A stretch of 64,000 bases of DNA, from contig CASFZJ010000005.1 in assembly GCA_949299165.1 (NCBI GenBank), positions 12,974-76,973 of the forward strand, written 5' to 3'. The notes beneath the pieces are model-generated. The model saw only the letters and a list, made by a program, of their open reading frames with translations. It was not told the DNA's origin and searched no databases. Both the position numbers and the translations under genes were made by a program. Below are positions 30,173 to 39,999 of the stretch, one piece after another. Positions within the stretch are counted from its first letter, which is position 1, and each line of letters starts with the position of its first letter. The stretch is from an uncultured bacterium. Lineage in GTDB: Bacteria; Bacillota_I; Bacilli_A; RFN20; CAG-826.

Positions 30173-31118
30173 CTTTGTTAGCTAAATCGCCATTTAAATA
30201 TGCGTATAAGTTAGAGAAAGCAATTTCAGCTCTCTTTTTCATAGCTTCTTTTGTCATATAGCCAATATGAGGGCTAAGAATTACGTTATTTAATTTTAAA
30301 AGTTCATTATCTTTATTTAATGGTGGCTCAATTGAAAAAACATCGAGTGCCGCTCCTTTAATTCTTTTTTCCTTTAAAGCATTTACCAAAGCCACTTCAT
30401 CAACAATTCCACCACGAGAAGTATTGATTAAATAGGCGTCTTTTTTCATCATTGCAATTTCTTTTTCACCAATTAAATGTTCGCTTTCTTTATTTAATGG
30501 TAAAGTTAAGCACACAAAATCGCTCTTTGACATAATGTCTTTTAAATCAACATACGTTGCGCCTTTTTGAACTAACTCTTTTTTTATAGTTCTGCTATAA
30601 GCTAAAACTCTTAAATTAAAAGCTTGGAGAAGTTCGTTAAGTCTTGCCCCAATTTTTCCTGTACCTATAATGCCAACTACTTTATTATCTAATTCCTCTC
30701 CGAGTAAATTTCCATGAGTTTTACCTTTTCTAGTTTTTATTTCGTTATTTCGTAAATCGCGCAACAAAGAAATAATAAAGGCTAAATTTAGTTCTGCAAC
30801 TGCTTCTGTTGCGTAACCACTACAATTTGAAACTTCAATTTTGTGCTCTTTGCAATAAGTTTGAGGAATATGATCATAGCCTGTAAAAGCAACATCGATA
30901 TATTTTAAATTTAGACATTTTGAAAGAACATCTTCGCTTATTTTTGTGTTATCAACAATTAAAATATCAGCATCTTTTATTCTTTTTAAGATTTCTTCGT
31001 CGTTTTTTGGTGCCTTTAAATAATAAATAAATTCATGACCTAGTGAAGATAAATCTCTTTTGATTCCCTCATAAAGACCTTTATTTATCAACAAATCATT
31101 TAGTAAAACTATTTTCAT
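30165..31118 (-). CDS. D-isomer-specific 2-hydroxyacid dehydrogenase (NAD-binding)
   Basis: GIIGTGKIG Rossmann motif and catalytic R/E/H context (NTSRGG, SPHIGY). ATGA overlap with the upstream gene. Confidence 0.85.
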   Translation of the reverse strand: MKIVLLNDLLINKGLYEGIKRDLSSLGHEFIYYLKAPKNDEEILKRIKDADILIVDNTKISEDVLSKCLNLKYIDVAFTGYDHIPQTYCKEHKIEVSNCSGYATEAVAELNLAFIISLLRDLRNNEIKTRKGKTHGNLLGEELDNKVVGIIGTGKIGARLNELLQAFNLRVLAYSRTIKKELVQKGATYVDLKDIMSKSDFVCLTLPLNKESEHLIGEKEIAMMKKDAYLINTSRGGIVDEVALVNALKEKRIKGAALDVFSIEPPLNKDNELLKLNNVILSPHIGYMTKEAMKKRAEIAFSNLYAYLNGDLANKVI

Positions 31119-31708
31119 TTTTTAATACCTGTTAATTCGATAAATCTAGGTAATTTTTCACACCATTCGCAAAAAACATGCCGTTCTTTTAACTTATGAT
31201 ATCTTCTTTGAAGATACATTGTTTTAAGTTGTTGATAATTAGTAACCATAGTAGCACCAAGGCAAAAACCACATGGAGTTGAAGCAACTAATTCTCTCCA
31301 TTTTGCTTTTTTCTTATCACCATCTTCTTCACCAATTGCGTTATATTCGTCTTTAATACGATTAACAATCGCTAAAACTTCTTTATTTGTGTCAGAAACA
31401 CATTGGTTTTCAATATCAAATTTTAACAAGCAATGCATTGTAGATTGAGAAGAAACATATTCAAAAAAATGATATCTTTGAGCTTGTTTCCACCAATAAA
31501 GTGGGGCAGTAATATCAAATTCAACAACTATGCCTTTTAAATAATTATCGTGTCCTTCGCCTGGATGACAACTTCCAAGTTTTGAAGCTCTCAAATAATC
31601 TTTCTCAGTAACTTCGTTACGGTCAAAAGCCGTTCTCATAGGGTTTCCGCTTGCCTTAACAGCAAATTCAAGTCCATAAACATTAGTTTTTCCGATATTA
31701 AAATCCAT
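31115..31708 (-). CDS. divergent ThyX-fold (Thy1-like) protein, function unknown
   Basis: GHDNYLKGIVVEFDITAPLYWWKQAQRYHFFEYVSSQSTMH aligns by eye to the ThyX core GHE..EH..F.F.I.APIF..RQ..RHR.....SxRY, but RHR is RYH and the distal R is lost. GGAGG RBS lies inside the folD 3' end. Confidence 0.55.
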   Translation of the reverse strand: MDFNIGKTNVYGLEFAVKASGNPMRTAFDRNEVTEKDYLRASKLGSCHPGEGHDNYLKGIVVEFDITAPLYWWKQAQRYHFFEYVSSQSTMHCLLKFDIENQCVSDTNKEVLAIVNRIKDEYNAIGEEDGDKKKAKWRELVASTPCGFCLGATMVTNYQQLKTMYLQRRYHKLKERHVFCEWCEKLPRFIELTGIKK

Positions 31709-32498
31709 TTTCTTTCGCCTCCACTAAATTAATTAAAAGGGCCAGCCTTGTAAGTAAACCAACACCTCCTGGCACTGGAGATTGAAAAGCAACAGGAAGG
31801 TCTTTTTCACAATCACCAGTTAATTTATTTTCTTCATTTCTATTAATTCCAACATCAATTATATAAGCACTCTTCTTATATTCAAATGAGTGATTTAAAA
31901 AACCACTTTTCCCAATAGCAATTACGATTAAATCGGCTTCTTTTACTAATTTTTTCAAAGTATCAATAGGAGTTTTTGAATGTGCTACAGTAACAGTCAT
32001 ATCTTGAGCAAGCAATAATTTTGCCATTGGTTTGCCAACGATATTGCTTCTACCAATAACTAAAGCATTTTTGCCTTTAAAATCATAATTTTGGTCAATT
32101 AAATAAGTTAAAATTCCTTTTGGCGTTGCACTTTCAAAATGTGATAAAGGATTAAAACCATCTAAATCTTTTTTAGGATCAACGGCAATTTTAACTTTTT
32201 CTTCATTGATTCCTTTTGGTAAAGGAAGTTGAACGATAAAACCAGTTACAGAATCATCTTTATTTGTTTCTTCGATTTTTATAAGCAAATCTTTTTCACT
32301 TATGTCGATCGGAAGCTTTTCAAGTTCAACTGTTGCGCCAATTTCATTAATATCCTTAATTTTTCCGTTTACATATGTGCTAGACGCATAATCATCGTTT
32401 ACTTGAATTATTTTTAAAAGAGGTTTTTCAGCCATTATTAAAATTTTGTCTTTTAATTCAGACTTTTTCTTCATGACATATTCTTTAATTGGTAGCAT
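31698..32498 (-). CDS. folD: bifunctional methylene-THF dehydrogenase/methenyl-THF cyclohydrolase
   Basis: VTGFIVQLPLP, GRSNIVGKP and PGGVGLLT motifs. Confidence 0.9.
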   Translation of the reverse strand: MLPIKEYVMKKKSELKDKILIMAEKPLLKIIQVNDDYASSTYVNGKIKDINEIGATVELEKLPIDISEKDLLIKIEETNKDDSVTGFIVQLPLPKGINEEKVKIAVDPKKDLDGFNPLSHFESATPKGILTYLIDQNYDFKGKNALVIGRSNIVGKPMAKLLLAQDMTVTVAHSKTPIDTLKKLVKEADLIVIAIGKSGFLNHSFEYKKSAYIIDVGINRNEENKLTGDCEKDLPVAFQSPVPGGVGLLTRLALLINLVEAKENGF

Positions 32499-32558
32499 CG
32501 ATATGTCCCCCTAGTCTATTCGACTGAAATAAGTTCAGTCAAAAACAAAATTATGAAA

Positions 32559-32876
32559 TTAAGCAATTAAAGTTGATTGAAGAACGGAAATTAATGCTTG
32601 AGCTGCTTCAGCTGCTTCTTCTGTTGTTTCGCCATCTGCTGCAGGAGCTGCAGTTAATGATGTAGAGAGTAAAGCTAAAAATAAGAATACGATTCCGAAT
32701 CCAAGGGTTAAATAAGAAACAATTTTTTCACTGCCTCTTTCTTTTGTCTTAACAAAAACATTAAGGCCACCACCTGTAATAGCGCCAGAAGCACCTTCAG
32801 ATTTACCACCTTGTAATAAGCCAAGAACAATAACAATAAAAGCTATTACCCAGAATATATAATCATACCATTGCAT
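32559..32876 (-). CDS. secG: preprotein translocase subunit SecG with Ala/Glu-rich tail
   Basis: Two TM with a GLLQGGKSEG loop. GGAGG RBS. Confidence 0.8.
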   Translation of the reverse strand: MQWYDYIFWVIAFIVIVLGLLQGGKSEGASGAITGGGLNVFVKTKERGSEKIVSYLTLGFGIVFLFLALLSTSLTAAPAADGETTEEAAEAAQALISVLQSTLIA

Positions 32877-32896
32877 TAAAGTTTTCCTCCAAACAA

Positions 32897-32922
32897 TGTA
32901 TATATGTTAAAACATATATACA
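32897..32922. promoter_or_regulatory. 12-bp-arm inverted repeat just upstream of the secG SD
   Basis: TGTATATATGTT-aa-AACATATATACA, perfect arms, ending 6 nt upstream of the SD. Confidence 0.4.
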
Positions 32923-33018
32923 AAAATTACAATAAACGTTATTTTTTAATTTTCATCAAGTTTTATCAATTACTCTAACCTTCATTTCTAAGAAAAAATT
33001 AATAATTTCTTGTAAATT

Positions 33019-33076
33019 TAAATTCCTATATTTGTCTTATTTTAGAAAAAATAATTGAGATTTGCAGGGTTTTTTA
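33019..33076. repeat. intergenic repeat words (TTCCTATATTT word plus CCCTGCAAATCT word)
   Basis: aaattcctatatttg at 33019. gagatttgcagggtttttt at 33057..33076, abutting the uvrB stop codon. Confidence 0.5.
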
Positions 33077-35050
33077 CAATTCTGCTTTTAATTCAAACAT
33101 AATATCTCTGAGTTTGATAGCTTTTTCAAAGTCAAATTCTTTGGAAGCTTTATACATTTCTTTTTCTATTTCTTTAATTTTTCTTTGTAGCTCTTTTTTA
33201 GTTAATTTTGCTTTTGAGTTAATTACCTCTTCAGCTTCAGACTCAGTATTGTGAATTGGGGCGGTAATTGGTTTAACTATCGTTGTTGGAATAATTCCGT
33301 TTTCATCATTGTATTTAAATTGAATTTCTCTTCTTCTGTTTGTTTCATCTATACATTCTTGCATCGATTTTGTAATTGTATCAGCATACATGATAGCTTT
33401 TCCATTAACGTTTCTTGCAGCTCTCCCAACAACTTGAATTAAGCTTCGCGTGCTTCTTAAAAATCCTTCTTTATCAGCATCCAAAATTGCTATTAAACTA
33501 ACTTCAGGAATATCTAAGCCTTCCCTTAAAAGATTAATACCAACTAAAACATCATATTTACCTTTTCTTAATTGATAAATAATCTCGCTTCTTTCTAAAG
33601 TTTTGCATTCACTATGTAAATAAACTGTTTTTATATCTCTTTCTTTGAGATATGCAGTTAAATCTTCAGCTGTTTTAATAGTTAAAGTGACAACCATTAC
33701 TCTTTCGTGCTTTGCGATTCTATCTTTAATCTCGCTAATTAGATCATCAATTTGCCCAAGAGTTGGTCTAACTTCTATTTCTGGATCTAAAAGTCCTGTT
33801 GGACGGATAATTTGTTCAACGAATTCACCATTAGTTTTTCCGAGTTCATAATCTCCTGGTGTCGCACTAGTGCAAATAACTTGATTAATTTCGCCTTCGA
33901 ATTCTTCAAAATTCAAAGGTCGATTATCTAATGCGCTTGGAAGTCTGAAACCATATTCAACAAGAGTAACTTTTCTTGAGTGATCGCCGTTATACATTCC
34001 CCTAACTTGTGGGAAAGAAACATGACTTTCATCAACGATAAGTAAATAATCTTTTGGAAAGTAATCCATTAAGCAAAAAGGTTTTTGACCTGGTTTACGA
34101 TTATCTATATGTCTAGAATAGTTTTCAATACCATTACAAATTCCAAATTCTTCAAGTGCGGCAACATCTTGCTTTGTACGCATCTCAATTCTTTCTTTTT
34201 CAAGTGGCTTACCTTCTTTTTCAAAATATTCAATTCTTTCAGCAAGTTCAGCCATGATAGATTTACAAGCACGCAATATATTTTCTCTTGTTGCAGCATG
34301 ATCATAAGCCGGAAATAAATCATAATAATGATATTTTTCGATAATTTCACCAGTTAAATAGTTGCATTTAGCAATTGTTTCAACTTCATCACCAAAGCAA
34401 TCAATTCGAATGTACCAATCATCACTATTGACTGGCATGATATCTATTAAGTCGCCATGAACTCTAAATCTGCCTGGACTTAATTCGATATCGTTTCTTT
34501 TGTATTGAGAATTTAAAAGCTTATTAAAAAACTCTTTTCGATTAATTTCTTCACCAACTCTAACATCAAATACAAGTTTTTTATATTCATCTGGGTCGGT
34601 TAAACCATAAATTGAAGCAACCGAAGCAACAACAATAGTATCTCTTCTACTTACGATGGAGTTAATCGAACTAACTCTCATCATTTCAATCTCTTCATTC
34701 ATTAAAGCGGACTTATCAATGTAAGTGTCTGTTGAAGGAATGTAAGCTTCAGGTTGATAAAAATCGAAGTTCGAGACGAAATATTCAACACGATTTTCAG
34801 GAAACAATTCTTTCATTTCAGCATAAAGTTGGCCAGCCAGAGTTTTATTATGAACCAAAATCAAAGTTGGTTTTTGAACTTTTTCAATGACATTAGCCAT
34901 AGTAAAAGTTTTACCAGTTCCGGTCGCACCCATTAATACTTGATATTTTTTTCCTGCTTCGATGCCTGAAACCAACTCTTTAATTGCGTTAGGTTGATCA
35001 CCTGTTGGTCTATATTCACTATGAATTTTAAATAATTTATTCTCGTTCAT
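33074..35050 (-). CDS. uvrB: excinuclease ABC subunit B
   Basis: GATGTGKTFT Walker A, DESH box, C-terminal UVR domain. Confidence 0.97.
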   Translation of the reverse strand: MNENKLFKIHSEYRPTGDQPNAIKELVSGIEAGKKYQVLMGATGTGKTFTMANVIEKVQKPTLILVHNKTLAGQLYAEMKELFPENRVEYFVSNFDFYQPEAYIPSTDTYIDKSALMNEEIEMMRVSSINSIVSRRDTIVVASVASIYGLTDPDEYKKLVFDVRVGEEINRKEFFNKLLNSQYKRNDIELSPGRFRVHGDLIDIMPVNSDDWYIRIDCFGDEVETIAKCNYLTGEIIEKYHYYDLFPAYDHAATRENILRACKSIMAELAERIEYFEKEGKPLEKERIEMRTKQDVAALEEFGICNGIENYSRHIDNRKPGQKPFCLMDYFPKDYLLIVDESHVSFPQVRGMYNGDHSRKVTLVEYGFRLPSALDNRPLNFEEFEGEINQVICTSATPGDYELGKTNGEFVEQIIRPTGLLDPEIEVRPTLGQIDDLISEIKDRIAKHERVMVVTLTIKTAEDLTAYLKERDIKTVYLHSECKTLERSEIIYQLRKGKYDVLVGINLLREGLDIPEVSLIAILDADKEGFLRSTRSLIQVVGRAARNVNGKAIMYADTITKSMQECIDETNRRREIQFKYNDENGIIPTTIVKPITAPIHNTESEAEEVINSKAKLTKKELQRKIKEIEKEMYKASKEFDFEKAIKLRDIMFELKAEL

Positions 35051-36113
35051 TATTTTCGTCTGACTTATTATCTTTTTTCTTTGCTTTTTTTAAGAAAGTT
35101 CCAATTTGTTTAATTTCTTTTGCAGAACTTACCCCAATTGATTCAAATCCTTCTCCACCAGTAAATAGAGTTTGATAGAAAGTACAGAATGCTTTTGGAT
35201 CAATTTTAGCAATTCCATTTCTAACTTTATTGTAATCTCTTCTTGAGAATACGATTCTAATCATAGTTTTTTCTTCGTTAGAGTAAGCGCCTTTTACATT
35301 TAAGATAGTCGCGCTTCTATCTAATTCATTAATTGAAAAATCTTTAATTTCTTCAACTTTATCGGAAACAATATCAACACAATAAGCACTAGTTTGTCCT
35401 GTGTAAATAATTTCAACCATAAGGGAACAAATGAAAGCCGAAATAATACCAACTAATCCGCCAATTAAAGATTTAGTATCACCACTTGATAAATCAACAA
35501 TAATACCAATAAGAACAATTCCTCCATCAAATAAGAAAAAAGGAACCGATTCTTTAACACCTAAATATTTACTAGTGATTAACGTCAAAATATCAACACC
35601 GCCAGTTGATCCGCCACCATGAAAAGTTATAGAACAGCCAACACCAACAAGCATTCCGCCAAGAAGACCAATAACTAATAAAAAGCCAGCATTGACCATA
35701 TCAATGTTTGCCAAATTGGTAATTATTCCATTTTCTAAGATAAAAGGTATATCGCTTTCCCCAAGCAAAACATCTAAAAACATAGGCAAAAGTGGAGTTC
35801 TTGAAAATATCGATAAGAAAATTGGATAAAAAATAGTTGAGATTAGCGATGATATTGTAAATTTAAAGCCTAAAAGTATTAAACCCAGAACAAATAAAGC
35901 CCAGTTTAAAATATAACTCATGATATCTGGAGCAATAAAATCAGCAGTAAGAATTGTTATACCGCTAACTCCGCCGCTAATAATAGAAAAAGGAATCAAA
36001 AAGAAAGCGTTCCCGACACTAACAACAAAAGTTCCAAGTAAAACCAAAACCAAACTTCTGATGTTTCGTTTTAAATTTTCTTTCTGGAAATAATTTTTAA
36101 TAATGTTAGGCAC
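35037..36113 (-). CDS. YitT-family membrane protein (DUF2179 C-terminal domain)
   Basis: Repeated GGVSG/GGSTGG membrane motifs plus a soluble C-terminal domain. Overlaps both neighbouring genes. Confidence 0.8.
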   Translation of the reverse strand: MPNIIKNYFQKENLKRNIRSLVLVLLGTFVVSVGNAFFLIPFSIISGGVSGITILTADFIAPDIMSYILNWALFVLGLILLGFKFTISSLISTIFYPIFLSIFSRTPLLPMFLDVLLGESDIPFILENGIITNLANIDMVNAGFLLVIGLLGGMLVGVGCSITFHGGGSTGGVDILTLITSKYLGVKESVPFFLFDGGIVLIGIIVDLSSGDTKSLIGGLVGIISAFICSLMVEIIYTGQTSAYCVDIVSDKVEEIKDFSINELDRSATILNVKGAYSNEEKTMIRIVFSRRDYNKVRNGIAKIDPKAFCTFYQTLFTGGEGFESIGVSSAKEIKQIGTFLKKAKKKDNKSDENNERE

Positions 36114-37216
36114 TCTTTTTCGCCTCCTCTTTTAAATAAGCAAAGATAAATCCTTCGATATTTCCGTCCATTACCTTACTAATTTGTGTATCTTCATAAT
36201 TAGTTCTATTGTCTTTAACTAAAGTATATGGACAGAAAACATAACTTCTAATTTGTGAGCCCCATTCAATATTTTTTTGCTCACCAACTATACCTTTTAA
36301 TTTATTCTTTCTCTCTTCTTCTTGTCTAGCGAAAAGTTGAGATTTTAACATATTCATTGCAAGTTCTCTGTTTTTAAGTTGAGTTCTTTCGACTTGGCAC
36401 GAAACAACAATTCCGGTTGGAATGTGAGTAATTCTGACCGCGGTTTCAACTTTATTAACGTTTTGACCACCTGCTCCGCCAGATCTATAAGTATCAATCT
36501 TTAAATCGGCTGGGTTTATTTCGACTTTTACTGAATCATCAAATTGAGGAATAACGTTTACACTAGCAAAACTTGTGTGTCTTCTTGCATTTGCATCAAA
36601 AGGAGATATTCTTACAAGTCTATGAACACCTTTTTCACCTTTTAACATTCCATAAGCGTATTTTCCTTCAACTAATAAAGTAACACTTTTAACGCCAGCT
36701 TCTTCACCAGGAAGAAAATCTAAAATTTTATATGAATAATTTTGAATTTCACAAAATCTTTCATACATTCTTAAAAGCATATTTGCCCAATCGCAAGCTT
36801 CCGTGCCCCCAGCACCTGGATGAATTTGAATTATACAATCTAAATTGTCGTATTCCCCACTAAAAAGAATTAAAGTGTTAAGTTCGTCTAAATCTTTTTT
36901 AAGATCATTAAAAGAAGAAACAACTAAATCGGCCATTTCTTCATCATTAACATCTAGGGTCTCGGCTAATTCATTTATATCTTTTATGTTTTTAGCCAAT
37001 TTATTATATAAATCGATTTTATATATAATATCGTTTTTTTCATCGATTATTTTAGATGCTTCTCTTTGATTGTCCCAAAAATGTTCATCTAAAGATAAAT
37101 TTTCTAATTCTTCAACTTTTTTTGATAATTTAGGCAAGTCAAAGAGAACTACCGAGCTGTTCAATTTGCTCAGTAGCCTCTTTTAATTCGTTTTTTAATT
37201 CGTAGAGATCAATCAT
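36106..37216 (-). CDS. prfB: peptide chain release factor 2, needs a programmed +1 frameshift
   Basis: ORF0 is ATG(37216) [28 protein letters not shown]. Shifting +1 at CTT TGA C continues [12 protein letters not shown]... into the 352-aa ORF, which carries SPF and GGQ motifs. Confidence 0.92.
37138..37144 (-). other. prfB +1 frameshift site CTTTGAC
   Basis: Reverse complement of gtcaaag. In-frame TGA at codon 26. Confidence 0.9.
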
Positions 37217-37222
37217 AATTTC

Positions 37223-39820
37223 CTAATTTGTGTGAATATCTTCGTATTTATGATCAACAGCAGCTTTAGCGTTTTTATCAATATCGGAGATATTTAATTC
37301 TTTTGCTTGTTCTTCTTTAGCAACGACCTTCATTTCGACTTTCTTTTCTTCATTTTTGTCTTCTTCAGGTCCGTGGACAGCATTTTGTGCATCAGTCTTT
37401 ACGGCATAAGTTTCTTTATCATCAACTTTCTTTTGAACTTTAACATTTAAGAGATTTAAAACAACTTCAAGTGAGATTGTTTCAAGCATTTCTCTAAACA
37501 TTGCCCAACCTTCGTTAACATAATCTTGAAGAGGGTTTATTTGTCCATAGCTTCTTAATGAAACTGATTCTCTAAATCTAGACATATTATCAATTTGTTG
37601 TGTCCAGTTACGGTCAATGCAACGTAATGTAATTTGTCTTTCGATTTGATCGGCAGTTTCTTTATCCCGTTCTCTTCTTCTAATTTTATAAGCGTTTGCT
37701 AAAACTTCGCCAATATCTTCACCAGCCTCATCAGGAGAAGCTTCATCATACAAATCAAAATTAATAGAATTTTCACTTAAGAATCTTGGAACAGCTAATT
37801 CAAATAACTTTTTAGCACTTACAGTTCTGTTGCTTTGTTCGTCAAAGACACTTCTTTTACATAAGGCAACACCACAATCTTTAAATGTATCTGTAAGCAA
37901 ATCATTAATGTCACTTGCGTAAATAATTTGATCACGTTTTGCATACATAATTTGTCTTTGTTTACTTAAAACATCATCATAATCAAGTAAATTTTTACGA
38001 ACATCAAAGTTTTGGCCTTCGATACGTTTTTGTGCGCTTGTAATTGCAGTGCTTAATAATCTACTTTCAATTGCTTCATCGCCATAATTTGCGAATGATT
38101 TTCTTAAATTATCGCTAGCAAATCTAACCATAAGTTCGTCATCAAGAGAGACATAGAATCTTGAAAAACCAGGATCACCTTGTCTTCCACTACGACCTCT
38201 TAATTGGTTATCAATACGTCTTGATTCATGTCTTTCGAGACCAAAAACGCATAATCCACCAAGAGATCTTGTCTCTTCAGTAAGTTTAATATCGGTACCT
38301 CTACCAGCCATATTTGTGGCAAGAGTGATACGATTCTTTTCACCTGCATGAGAAATAATTTCAGCTTCACGTGCGTGATTTTTAGCGTTTAACATTTCAT
38401 ATCTTAAACCAGCTTCATCTAAATATTTCGCGACCTCTTCAGATGCTTCAACACTAGGTGTACCAATAAGAATTGGTTGTCCTTTTTCGTGTCTTTCCTT
38501 AACTTCCTTTACTAGAGCTTTAATTTTTGCTTGTTTTGTAGCAAATATGTAATCAATTTCATCTTTTCTGATGACTGGTCTATTTGGAGGAATACAAACA
38601 ACTTTCATGTTGTAAATTTTTCTAAATTCCTCTTCCTCCGTTTTTGCTGTACCTGTCATACCAGCCATTTTCTTAAATAATCTGAAGAAGTTTTGATACG
38701 TAATTGTCGCAAGAGTAACGGTTTCTTCCTTAATTTTTACGCCTTCTTTAGCTTGAATTGCTTGTTGTAAACCATCACTATATTCTCTTCCCTTTAAAAC
38801 ACGGCCAGTGAATTGGTCGATAAGTTGAATTGTATTATCTTGGTCGACTAAATATTCAACATCACGTGTCATGATATAGTTAGCTTTTAAAGCTTGATGG
38901 ATTCTATGTACTAAATCTTGATATTGAGGTGCATATAAGTTAGCAATTCCAAACATTTTTTCGGCTTTATCAACGCCTTTATCGGTTAATGAACAAGATT
39001 TTGTCTTAATATCGACAACAAAATCTCCGTCCGGAACATAATCTGGGTGTTTTCTTTTGTAATCTTCATCAACATCAGTAGAACGTCTTAACGTTTTAAC
39101 AAATCTATCAGCAATTTGATATTGAGACATTGAAGCTTTAGCACCACCAGAAATAATAAGAGGCGTTCTAGACTCATCAATTAAAACACTATCAGCTTCA
39201 TCAACAATACAATAATTGAGTCCCCTTAAGACTCTTTGTTGTTTACTTGGTGCCATATTATCTCTTAAGTAATCAAATCCTAGTTCGGAGTTGATTGTAT
39301 AAGTAACGTCGCATAAATGAGCTTTCTGTTTTTCCTGTGTCGTTAAGCTATGTAAGTTGACACCGACAGTTAATCCTAACCAACGATAAATTTGACCCAT
39401 TTCATTTGCGTCTCTTTGCGCTAAGTATTCGTTGACAGTAACAACGTAAACTCCCTTTCCTTCAAGAGCGTTGAGATAAACTGGCATAGTTGCAGTTAAA
39501 GTTTTACCTTCACCGGTTTTCATTTCAGCAACATCGCCATCATTTAAAACAAGACCACCAATAACTTGGCATTCAAATGGGTATAAATTTAAGACACGTC
39601 TTGCAGTCTCTCTAACAACAGCAAAAGCTTCAGTTTTAATGTCTTCAAGTGTTTGTCCGTTTTTAAGTCTTTCTCTGAATTCGTTTGTTTTAGCTCTCAA
39701 TTGGTCATCGCTTAAAGCCTTCATTTGTTCAGCTAAACTCATGACCTTTTTAGCTTCTTTAACATACTTTTTTAAAATGTGTTGATCTACTCTAAAAATC
39801 TTTTCAATAATATTTCCCAT
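37223..39820 (-). CDS. secA: preprotein translocase ATPase SecA
   Basis: MKTGEGKTLT Walker A, VDEADSVLIDE motif, 865 aa. No C-terminal zinc finger. Confidence 0.97.
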   Translation of the reverse strand: MGNIIEKIFRVDQHILKKYVKEAKKVMSLAEQMKALSDDQLRAKTNEFRERLKNGQTLEDIKTEAFAVVRETARRVLNLYPFECQVIGGLVLNDGDVAEMKTGEGKTLTATMPVYLNALEGKGVYVVTVNEYLAQRDANEMGQIYRWLGLTVGVNLHSLTTQEKQKAHLCDVTYTINSELGFDYLRDNMAPSKQQRVLRGLNYCIVDEADSVLIDESRTPLIISGGAKASMSQYQIADRFVKTLRRSTDVDEDYKRKHPDYVPDGDFVVDIKTKSCSLTDKGVDKAEKMFGIANLYAPQYQDLVHRIHQALKANYIMTRDVEYLVDQDNTIQLIDQFTGRVLKGREYSDGLQQAIQAKEGVKIKEETVTLATITYQNFFRLFKKMAGMTGTAKTEEEEFRKIYNMKVVCIPPNRPVIRKDEIDYIFATKQAKIKALVKEVKERHEKGQPILIGTPSVEASEEVAKYLDEAGLRYEMLNAKNHAREAEIISHAGEKNRITLATNMAGRGTDIKLTEETRSLGGLCVFGLERHESRRIDNQLRGRSGRQGDPGFSRFYVSLDDELMVRFASDNLRKSFANYGDEAIESRLLSTAITSAQKRIEGQNFDVRKNLLDYDDVLSKQRQIMYAKRDQIIYASDINDLLTDTFKDCGVALCKRSVFDEQSNRTVSAKKLFELAVPRFLSENSINFDLYDEASPDEAGEDIGEVLANAYKIRRRERDKETADQIERQITLRCIDRNWTQQIDNMSRFRESVSLRSYGQINPLQDYVNEGWAMFREMLETISLEVVLNLLNVKVQKKVDDKETYAVKTDAQNAVHGPEEDKNEEKKVEMKVVAKEEQAKELNISDIDKNAKAAVDHKYEDIHTN

Positions 39821-39971
39821 ACTTAAATCCTACGCATTTAAAGATTTTAACATTATATATAATGTTATGAAAGAAAATAAATCTTATAAATTTGCTTAAA
39901 ATATTGGCAAAATTTAATAATAAATTACTGATTTTTGAATTTTGCATTATTTGGAAATCGCAAGTTATTTT

Positions 39972-39999
39972 CAAAAACCCTGCAAAACTCCACTTTTTT
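39972..39999. repeat. copy of the AAAAACCCTGCAAA word abutting the comFC stop codon
   Basis: caaaaaccctgcaaaactccactttttt. Confidence 0.5.

Noticed and set aside
32522-32540. The hairpin GACTGAA-ataag-TTCAGTC between secG and folD, read as the secG terminator.
   Set aside because: On the transcribed (minus) strand the stem is preceded by the T-run rather than followed by it. It may be an RNA processing or stability element, but the evidence is too weak to call.
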